From Candidatus Eiseniibacteriota bacterium (GTDB lineage: Bacteria; Eisenbacteria; RBG-16-71-46): a stretch of DNA of 64,000 bases. The notes under the pieces are model-generated. The model ran no database searches. It saw nothing but the letters and a program-made list of their open reading frames with translations, and had not been told where the DNA came from. The position numbers were made by a program, and so were the translations under genes. This document shows, one piece after another, positions 57,801 to 64,000 of the stretch (positions are counted from its first letter, which is position 1; the number at the start of each line of letters is the position of its first letter). The stretch spans positions 128,001 through 192,000 of the forward strand of contig CAVUWA010000009.1 of the NCBI GenBank assembly GCA_963744995.1. Reading direction: 5' to 3'.

Positions 57801-58244
57801 ACGCAGCGCCAGATCGCCGCGCAGCGGGTGGCCGCCGGCGCCGCGTACGAACGGAGGCTCGACACGCACACCGGTGCGGCGCGACTGATCGTTTCACCCG
57901 ATGCGCGCCTGCGCGCCGTGCTCGCGGTGGACGCGACGTTCAGCCGGCCGGCGGAGCGCGGCGCGTTCACGCGCACCCTGCGTGTGGGGCCCGATCTCGG
58001 CGTGTCGGTGGGGGCGAAGGGGCGGCTCGAACTGACCGCGCGACGCGCGTTCACCGGCGGCCCGGCCGCGGCCGGTCTGCTGCCCAGCGCCGATCCCGCC
58101 GGCTTTCCGCGCTGGGACGGCACGGCACGCTTCGACTGGCGGGTGCGCCAGAGCACCACCGTGGGTCTCTCGTACAACGTGCGCGCGTTCGAAGGCCGGC
58201 GCGCCCGGAGCACCGGCCGCGCCGAAGTGCGGGCGTTCTTCTGA
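54861..58244 (+). CDS. Large exported/outer-membrane beta-rich protein with SprA-like N-terminal motifs
   Basis: Signal peptide; GRDYLLD..GEL; QSLDLAISG; GVEGRQGPY; SEIVTLDG..LTRGESADYSIDYERAQITF; long amphipathic strand region; ends AFF. Confidence 0.65.
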   Translation: MSPAVRAARAGRNAAVALLSMALAVPATAHAASAGAESHDPGCGVMVLALRAGALHYRLPHGFITAGSDSVWARGYPLVRGRDYLLDPLRGELRLLRAETPGDTLWIAACWLLEPPPTDFQVQAYHEVGAPAADTTAPPAATRELRPATARNPESAGGASLSLTGNKTIAVDFGSSQDAFLRQSLDLAISGTLAPGVELTGVLTDRNTPLSATGATQDLQSLDRVLVELRAPHATATLGDLTLTSRQGEFGRLDRRLQGVRGTWDAGPAHLEAAAASAAGEYHRMQFFGVEGRQGPYTLTDRDGREGISVVAESEIVTLDGVRLTRGESADYSIDYERAQITFSNRRPITFASRITVEYQYAVNRYRRNFAAAGGRWERDGRYLFTQVVTEGDDQGRPLDLTLTAEDRTVLAFAGDSVAKAIGAGVTAGGGDYDTVRVAGGVTAFAFAGPDSGAFAVRFTQVGTGRGDYADSAVVAGRTIYRYVGAGSGDHVVGRGLPLPESHQLWSGGAGVVRGPLALEVEGAVSRLDRNTLSSFDDGDNAGTAGRASIALRGALPGTVADGAGFAVDARAVGRRFQPFTRLEAPFAEEDWGLPVGADLENQRRVVASAFYRPRAGGELQAEGGRLETPGGFTSWRRGVDWHREGTVVTRASWSRADGRQDGARYPGGGREQRSAALAWRLPWVEPGVRAASDERRFPSDSGRVGDRYREGALELRSGRLVPWRVTGSFALRRDARLSDGGFTDQTEARTSRLALESPAGGRFGGALTWQRRDVRALAAVPGGRSDLASVRLRADDPARGLETRANVELTSEGQTRRTRRLVFAGPGAGSYDALGNFVGTGDYDLVLVVDAGLDLVSRTVTSARLAWNFGGADAWRGSRASFDYETEARRRGAFEARDVVIAPGAVLGDPGLARGSLLQRFEADLAPQSSAAAFRVRLERRVTADRSYENFAQTQDARQANLRWRVRPGGATSAELEATTQRQIAAQRVAAGAAYERRLDTHTGAARLIVSPDARLRAVLAVDATFSRPAERGAFTRTLRVGPDLGVSVGAKGRLELTARRAFTGGPAAAGLLPSADPAGFPRWDGTARFDWRVRQSTTVGLSYNVRAFEGRRARSTGRAEVRAFF

Positions 58245-60028
58245 TGCCGCGCCTGCGCAGCGGCGGGGGTTGGGTGGGCGCGCGGCGCCGTGGCGCGGCC
58301 CGGCGCCGGCGTCCGGCTCGCGTGTGGCGCGGCGTGCTGCTCGTCGCCCTCATCTCGGTGGCCGCCTGCCCGGCCACGGCGCGCCCGGCATGGGCCGCGG
58401 CGGAGCTCGACTACCGCGGCACGATGCCTGCCGCGCGCGAGCTGCGGCTGCTCGCACGGCGGGCGCTCGAGGCGCCGGCAGACAGCGGGGCCCGGGCGGC
58501 GTTCCTCGGGGCCGTGGTGGCGCGACTGCAAGCCGACGGCCACCTGGATGCGCGCGCCCGCGCGCGCTACGACAGCGCCGCCGGGATGCTTCGTGTCTCC
58601 GTGGACGCCGGGCCGCGCTACACCCTGCGTTCGGTGCGGCTCGACGCGGGTGCGCCGGGGGACTCGCTCGAGTTCGCCCGCGGGCTCGATCTCGCGCCCG
58701 GGGCGGTGGCGTCGCCACCCGCGGTGGATCGCGCGGTGCGGCGCGCGGTGAGGGGCGCGGTCGCCGACGGCTTCGCCTACGCGCGTCTCGGCGTCAGCGG
58801 CTGGCACGCCGCCGGGGAGGGGGTGGATCTCGCCCTCTCGGGTGCGCTCGGGCCGCAGGTCACGATCACCGCCGTCGACATCGAGGGACTGGCGGTCACG
58901 CGCCGCGACGTGGCACTCAAGGCCATGGGGCCGCTCGCCGGCCGGCCCTACGATCCTGCCGCGGCCGAGGATGCGCGCGAACGGCTCGATCAGCTCGGCC
59001 TGTTCACCCGGGTCGAATGGCTGGGACTCGGCGGCGAGCGCGACTGGGAATACGGCCGGCTGCGCTACCGGGTCGAGGAGCCGCGCTACAACTCGTTCGA
59101 CGGCGTGGTCGGCGTGCAGGGCGAGGCCGGCACCGTCGGCAGCGCGCGCCTCGAGCTCGGCAACCTGCTCGGCACCGGGCGGCAGGTGGGACTCGGCTGG
59201 CAGTCGCGGGGCAGGGGGCTCACCGACCTCGCCGCGCGCTACGTCGAGCCGCTGGTGCTCGGCTGGCCGCTCGCGGTGCGGATCGGCGTCGAGCAGCAGG
59301 TGCAGGACACGTTCTACGTGCGCACGCGCTGGGGTGCGCGCGGCATCTACGCCCTGAGCGGCCAGGAGCGGATCGAAGCCGGCTACGAGCAGGAGCGCGA
59401 CGTCCAGGAGCACGGCGAAGTCGAGGAAGCCGACCTGCAGCACACCGTGTTCGGATTCGAGCGCAGCGCACTCGATGCGCGCATCGGCGCACGCCGCGGC
59501 ACCCGCGTGCACGTCGAGGCGGCCGGTATCTTCAAGCGCGAGCGGCTGCGTCCCGAGGGCTCGCGCACGGCCAGCGCCAGCGCGGTGTCGCTGGACGGCG
59601 AGTGGCACCGGCCGTTCGCGACGCGCACCGGGCTCGCGCTGGAATGGCTGGCGGCGGGGCGCTTCAGCACCGAGCGCGTGCTGCCCCTCTACGAACGCTA
59701 TCCGATCGGCGGTGCGGCGACGCTGCGCGGCTTCGACGAGGAGGCGTTCCGCGTCGACCGCTATGCGATCAGCCGGCTGGAGTGGCGCTGGTTCTTCGCC
59801 GAGGCAGGCGCGCCGCGCGCATTCGTGTTCTGGGATCACGGCTGGATGGCGACGCGCGAAGCGCTGCCCGGCGGCGGCGACCGCCAGTCGGTCGTGAACG
59901 CCGACGCCTACGGCGCCGGCTTGCGCATCGAAGCCGCGGGCGGCATCGTCGGAATCGACTACGGCCTCCAGGCGGGCCATGCCCCGCTCGACGGCAAGAT
60001 CCACCTGCGTCTGGTATCCACCTTCTGA
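58244..60028 (+). CDS. Omp85 (BamA/TamA family) outer-membrane protein with POTRA domains
   Basis: POTRA motifs (VDAGPRY, IEGLAVTR..LDQLGLF); NLLGTGR; IGGAATLRGF loop-6 motif; GIDYG; terminal Phe. Confidence 0.85.
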   Translation: MPRLRSGGGWVGARRRGAARRRRPARVWRGVLLVALISVAACPATARPAWAAAELDYRGTMPAARELRLLARRALEAPADSGARAAFLGAVVARLQADGHLDARARARYDSAAGMLRVSVDAGPRYTLRSVRLDAGAPGDSLEFARGLDLAPGAVASPPAVDRAVRRAVRGAVADGFAYARLGVSGWHAAGEGVDLALSGALGPQVTITAVDIEGLAVTRRDVALKAMGPLAGRPYDPAAAEDARERLDQLGLFTRVEWLGLGGERDWEYGRLRYRVEEPRYNSFDGVVGVQGEAGTVGSARLELGNLLGTGRQVGLGWQSRGRGLTDLAARYVEPLVLGWPLAVRIGVEQQVQDTFYVRTRWGARGIYALSGQERIEAGYEQERDVQEHGEVEEADLQHTVFGFERSALDARIGARRGTRVHVEAAGIFKRERLRPEGSRTASASAVSLDGEWHRPFATRTGLALEWLAAGRFSTERVLPLYERYPIGGAATLRGFDEEAFRVDRYAISRLEWRWFFAEAGAPRAFVFWDHGWMATREALPGGGDRQSVVNADAYGAGLRIEAAGGIVGIDYGLQAGHAPLDGKIHLRLVSTF

Positions 60029-60039
60029 GAGGAGCAGCG

Positions 60040-62121
60040 ATGTCGCTGGCGGAGGACGTCCGCGCGTGGTTCGAGCCCGGCGGGCCGCTGGCCGGGCGCT
60101 GGCCGCGTTACGAGGACCGCGAGGCGCAGCGCACGCTGGCCGCCTCGATCGCCGCCACGATCGAACGCGGCGGCGTGCAGATGGCGGAGGCGCCCACCGG
60201 GGTCGGCAAGTCGCTCGCCTACCTGCTGCCCGCGCTGCTCGTCGCCGCGCGCCAGGAGCGGCGCGTGGTGATCGCAACCTGCACGAAATCCCTTCAGGAC
60301 CAGCTCTACGAGCGCGACCTGCCGCTGCTGATGCAGGCGACCGGGCTCAGCGTCCGTGCGGCGCGGCTCAAGGGGAAGCAGAACTACCTGTGTCCGCGGG
60401 CGCTCGAGATGCAGGACGGCCGCGCGCCCGAGGAACGCGAGGTGCTGGACGCCGTGCGGGCCTGGGCGGCCGCCGACGCCGAGGGCGACCTCGACCGCTT
60501 CGAGACGGCCGATCCGGAAACCTTCAGGCGGCTCCGGCCGCGGCTCGCCACCGACCCGGCCGCGTGCAGTGCGGCCACCTGCCGTCGCGGGCGCGAGTGC
60601 TTCTGGGTGCGGGCGCGGCGCGCGGCCGGCGAGGCGCGGCTGCTGGTGGTGAACCACGCGCTGCTCGCGATTTCGGGCGACGTCGAGGGGCTGCTGCCCG
60701 ACTTCGACGTGGTGATCGTGGACGAGGCGCATCGGCTGGAGGGCGTGCTGCTCGCGCAGCTCGAGCGCTCGGTGACGCGCCACCGCTTCGAGGAGATCCT
60801 GCGGCTCGTCGGCACCGGCCGCCGCGGCCGCGCCGGCGGCGGACTGCTGGCGCGCTATCGTGGCTTCGCGACGCCGCTTCTTTCGGGCGATGCGGCTACG
60901 GGGGCGTTCGAGACCGCCGAGCGGCTCGCGGCGCGGGTCGGCGAGACGCGCGAGGCGATCGAACGGCTGTTCCGGCTGTTCGAGACGGACACCGCGGGCG
61001 GCGGTCCCTACGGCAGGCGCGAACGCTACGCCGCGGCCGGCGACCTGGTGGGCGGCGACTTCGACGCGATCGAGACGGTGCTCACCCATGCGGGCGAGAC
61101 CGCGCGCATGCTGCGGCGCCTCGGCGCCTCCGTGGAGTCCGCGGGCGGTCACGGCGAGGAACTGGCCGCGGAAATGGAGCAACTCGCCGCGCGCATGAGC
61201 GTGGCGGCGCGCGACCTCGCCGATCTCACCGATCCGGCCGAGCGCGACTGGGTCTACTGGAAGACCGGCAGTCAGCGCGGCGTGAGCCTGCACGCCGCGC
61301 CGGTGTCGGTGGGGGGGCATGCGCGGCGGCTGGTATTCGCCCGGGCGCGCGCGGCGATCCTGACCTCGGCCACGCTGTCCACCGGCGGCGAGTTCGGCTG
61401 GATGGCCGGGCGGCTCGGCCTCGGCGAGACCACCGGAGTGCCGTTCGACACCTGCGTCACGGCCTCGCCGTTTCCGCTCGAGAAGCAGATGCAGGCCTGG
61501 GTGCACGACGGCGGCGAGGAGGCGGCGGCGGTCGCGGCGCTGGTCGCCGCGATCGCGCAGCAGTCGAGCGCCAACATGCTCGTGCTGTTCACGGCACACG
61601 AGCGTCTGCGCCGCGCGCGCGAGCGTCTGCGCGACCGCCTCGGCCCCGGGCGCACGCTGCTCGCGCAGGAGTGGGACGGTCCCGCCGGAATCGTGACCGA
61701 ACGTTTCCGCCGGGCGCGCGGCGCGGTCTTGCTCGGCGTGCAGAGCCTGTGGGAAGGTGTGGACTTTCCCGGCGAGGCGCTGGAAGTGCTGGTGGTGGCG
61801 AAGCTGCCGTTCTCGGTGCCGGACGACCCGATGGTCGAGGCGCGCGCGGAACGGCTGCGCGCCGAAGGGCTCGATCCGTTCCGGAAGGATGCCCTCCCCG
61901 AAGCGGTCCTGCGTTTTCGTCAGGGCGTCGGCCGGCTGATCCGGCGCGCCGACGACCGCGGGGTGCTGATCGTCTGCGACCCGCGCCTGGGGACCGCGTC
62001 CTATCGGCGGCCGTTCGTCGAGGCGCTGCCGGTGGCGTTGCGGTTCGAGCGCGATCCCGCGGTGCTGGCGGCTGCGGCGGCGGAATTCCTGAAGCGTCCG
62101 GTGGTGGTGGAGGAACGGTGA
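60040..62121 (+). CDS. dinG: DinG/YoaA family ATP-dependent DNA helicase (Fe-S)
   Basis: EAPTGVGKS, LKGKQNYLC, Cys cluster CSAATC..EC, DEAH, TSATL, EGVD, KLPF, QGVGRLIR; GAGGAG SD. Confidence 0.92.
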   Translation: MSLAEDVRAWFEPGGPLAGRWPRYEDREAQRTLAASIAATIERGGVQMAEAPTGVGKSLAYLLPALLVAARQERRVVIATCTKSLQDQLYERDLPLLMQATGLSVRAARLKGKQNYLCPRALEMQDGRAPEEREVLDAVRAWAAADAEGDLDRFETADPETFRRLRPRLATDPAACSAATCRRGRECFWVRARRAAGEARLLVVNHALLAISGDVEGLLPDFDVVIVDEAHRLEGVLLAQLERSVTRHRFEEILRLVGTGRRGRAGGGLLARYRGFATPLLSGDAATGAFETAERLAARVGETREAIERLFRLFETDTAGGGPYGRRERYAAAGDLVGGDFDAIETVLTHAGETARMLRRLGASVESAGGHGEELAAEMEQLAARMSVAARDLADLTDPAERDWVYWKTGSQRGVSLHAAPVSVGGHARRLVFARARAAILTSATLSTGGEFGWMAGRLGLGETTGVPFDTCVTASPFPLEKQMQAWVHDGGEEAAAVAALVAAIAQQSSANMLVLFTAHERLRRARERLRDRLGPGRTLLAQEWDGPAGIVTERFRRARGAVLLGVQSLWEGVDFPGEALEVLVVAKLPFSVPDDPMVEARAERLRAEGLDPFRKDALPEAVLRFRQGVGRLIRRADDRGVLIVCDPRLGTASYRRPFVEALPVALRFERDPAVLAAAAAEFLKRPVVVEER

Positions 62122-63635
62122 TCGAGATCGGTGAACGCGCCCTGAGCCTCAGGGACGTGGAGGCCGTGGCGCGCGGCCGCGAGCAGGTCCAGGTGGCGCG
62201 CGCCGCGCGTGCGCGCATGCGTGAGAGCCGCGCGGTCGTGAACGCCGCGGTGGACGAAGGCCGCGTGCTGTACGGCATCAACACGGGCTTCGGTCCGATG
62301 AAGGACCATCTGGTGTCCGGCGACCGGCTGCGCGACCTGCAGCTGAACCTGCTGCGCTCGCATCAGGCCGGCGTCGGCGGCGAGTCGCCGCGCGACGTCG
62401 TGCGCACGATGCTGCTGCTGCGCGCGGTGTCGCTCGCGCGCGGGCACTCGGGATGCCGGACGGAGATCGTCGACGGACTGCTCGCGCTGCTCGAACGTGA
62501 CGTGACGCCGGTGGTCCCGGTGCAGGGCTCGGTGGGCGCCTCGGGTGATCTCGCCCCGCTCGCGCATCTGGCCGCGGTGCTGATCGGTGAAGGCGAAGCG
62601 TACCTCGGCGATCGGCGCATGCCCGCCGGACTCGCGCTGCGCGGCGCGGGATTGCAGCCGCTGACGCTGGAGGCGAAGGAGGGGCTCGCGCTCATCAACG
62701 GCACGCAGTTCTCGACCGCCTGGGCGCTTCTGGCCCTGCTCGACGCACGGCGTGTGTGGGAAGCCGCGGTCGGCGCGGCGGCCTTCTCGACCGAGGTGCT
62801 GCTCGGCACCTTCACGCCGGCGCGCGAGGACGTGCAGTCGCTCAGGCCCTACCCGGGTGCGCTCGAGACGGCGCGGCGGCTGCGCGCCTACGCGGAGGAC
62901 AGCGAGATCGTGGCCTCGCACCGCGATTGCGACGAGGTGCAGGACGCCTACTGCCTGCGCTGTGTGCCGCAGGTCATGGGCAGCGCGTTCGACGCGATGA
63001 GGCACATCGAGGCGCAGCTCGAGATCGAGGTGAACGCGGTGAACGACAATCCGCTGGTCCTGGCGGGCTCGCGTGAGGTGATCTCCGCCGGGCTGTTCCA
63101 CGCCGAGCCGGTGGGCATGGTCGCGGATTACCTCAAGATCGCGGTCGCCGAGGTCGCGTCGATCGCCGAGCGGCGCATCGACCGGCTCACCGATGGGCGC
63201 ACCTCGAAGCTGCCGCCGGTGCTGGCGGCCGAGCCCGGCGTCGAGTCGGGCTACATGATGGCCCAGTACGCGGCCGCGGCGCTGGTCTCGGAGAACAAGA
63301 CGCTCGCCCACCCGGCGAGCGTGGATTCGATCCCGACCGGACAGGGCATGGAGGATCACGTGAGCATGGCCCCGATTGCCGCGCGCCACGCTGCACAGAT
63401 CGTGGTGAACGCCTCGCGGGTGATCGCGCTCGAGCTGCTGTGCGACTGCCGGGCCCTCGAGTTCCGCCGCCCGCTGCGCGCCGGTCACGGCACGGAGCGG
63501 CTGTACGGCATGATCCGGCGCATCGCGCCGGCCCCCGAAGGCGACCGTCCGATCGGCGAGGCCTGCGAGACGCTGTCGCGCTGGGTGCGCTCGGCGGCGG
63601 CCGAGCAGCTGGGCGAGGAGGTGTTGCGGGCATGA
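62118..63635 (+). CDS. hutH: Histidine ammonia-lyase
   Basis: [16 protein letters not shown] motif [37 protein letters not shown]; adjacent to hutU. Confidence 0.95.
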   Translation: MIEIGERALSLRDVEAVARGREQVQVARAARARMRESRAVVNAAVDEGRVLYGINTGFGPMKDHLVSGDRLRDLQLNLLRSHQAGVGGESPRDVVRTMLLLRAVSLARGHSGCRTEIVDGLLALLERDVTPVVPVQGSVGASGDLAPLAHLAAVLIGEGEAYLGDRRMPAGLALRGAGLQPLTLEAKEGLALINGTQFSTAWALLALLDARRVWEAAVGAAAFSTEVLLGTFTPAREDVQSLRPYPGALETARRLRAYAEDSEIVASHRDCDEVQDAYCLRCVPQVMGSAFDAMRHIEAQLEIEVNAVNDNPLVLAGSREVISAGLFHAEPVGMVADYLKIAVAEVASIAERRIDRLTDGRTSKLPPVLAAEPGVESGYMMAQYAAAALVSENKTLAHPASVDSIPTGQGMEDHVSMAPIAARHAAQIVVNASRVIALELLCDCRALEFRRPLRAGHGTERLYGMIRRIAPAPEGDRPIGEACETLSRWVRSAAAEQLGEEVLRA

Positions 63636-64000
63636 CCGGAACCGGTGCGCGGCTCGTGCAGGCGCCCCGCGGTAGCACGCTGAGCTGCCGGGGATGGGCG
63701 CAGGAAGCCGCGATGCGGATGCTGATGAACAACCTCGATCCCGAAGTCGCCGAGCGTCCGGACGATCTGGTGGTCTACGGCGGCACCGGCCGCGCCGCGC
63801 GCTCGTGGGCGGCATTCGAGCGGATCGTCGAAACGCTCAAGCGCCTCGCGGGCGACGAGACGCTGCTCGTGCAGTCGGGCAAGCCCGTCGGCGTGTTCCG
63901 CACCCACGCCGGCGCGCCGCGCGTGCTGATCGCCAATTCGCTGCTGGTGCCGCGCTGGGCGACCTGGGAGCACTTCTGGGAGCTCGAGGGACGCGGTCTC
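63632..64000 (+). CDS. hutU: Urocanate hydratase (5' part, truncated by the window edge)
   Basis: [61 protein letters not shown]. Confidence 0.95.
   Translation, partial: MTGTGARLVQAPRGSTLSCRGWAQEAAMRMLMNNLDPEVAERPDDLVVYGGTGRAARSWAAFERIVETLKRLAGDETLLVQSGKPVGVFRTHAGAPRVLIANSLLVPRWATWEHFWELEGRGL

Noticed and set aside
57485..63635. Apparent giant fusions in the ORF track (57485-60028, 58270-62121, 59979-63635; also 8337-9416, 25377-26897, 51262-52902)
   Set aside because: The N-terminal parts are off-frame read-through over upstream genes; real starts are at 58244, 60040, 62118, 9180, 26313 and 52120, with SD sequences or stop-start overlaps.
62118..63635. Possible Tyr/Phe ammonia-lyase or aminomutase of a biosynthetic cluster
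   Set aside because: The SH specificity residues (LLRSH) and the adjacent hutU indicate ordinary HutH.

Overview
A very GC-rich, gene-dense bacterial chromosomal segment. I found no CRISPR array, IS, integrase or prophage gene. Gene content (PorU/PorV, Omp85, many lipoproteins, CTD/FlgD-Ig-tailed secreted proteins, Bacteroidota-style M23 and MbnP) suggests a diderm FCB-affiliated organism outside Bacteroidota, such as an Eisenbacteria/Latescibacteria-like lineage; this is inference only. Left to right: (1) a putative copper locus (cupredoxin, two NHL lipoproteins, CRTAC1/ASPIC protein with secretion CTD, MbnP, MbnH-like di-heme enzyme); (2) rpmB, then a PilB-like protein with degenerate ATPase motifs plus pilT and pilU behind a FliA/WhiG-type promoter; (3) MFS transporter, M13 peptidase and RND pump; (4) a sigma54-linked dioxygenase and a VIT-vWA protein with a GDEP sorting signal next to an apparently split exosortase K; (5) a Cys-less TlpA-like protein, tRNA-Glu, an ExeA-SPOR protein with acidic repeats, pyrE, an S8 protease with CTD, an M23 peptidase, dnaE-accA; (6) a type IX secretion-like cluster (porU, porV, M6 protease cargo, two paralogous membrane proteins, NHL protein, SprA-motif barrel, Omp85) running on into dinG, hutH and hutU. 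The most notable candidate systems are the non-canonical T9SS-like cluster with its cargo, the MbnPH-type locus without a TonB receptor, and the pseudo-ATPase PilB operon. All family calls come from motif recognition, not database searches.
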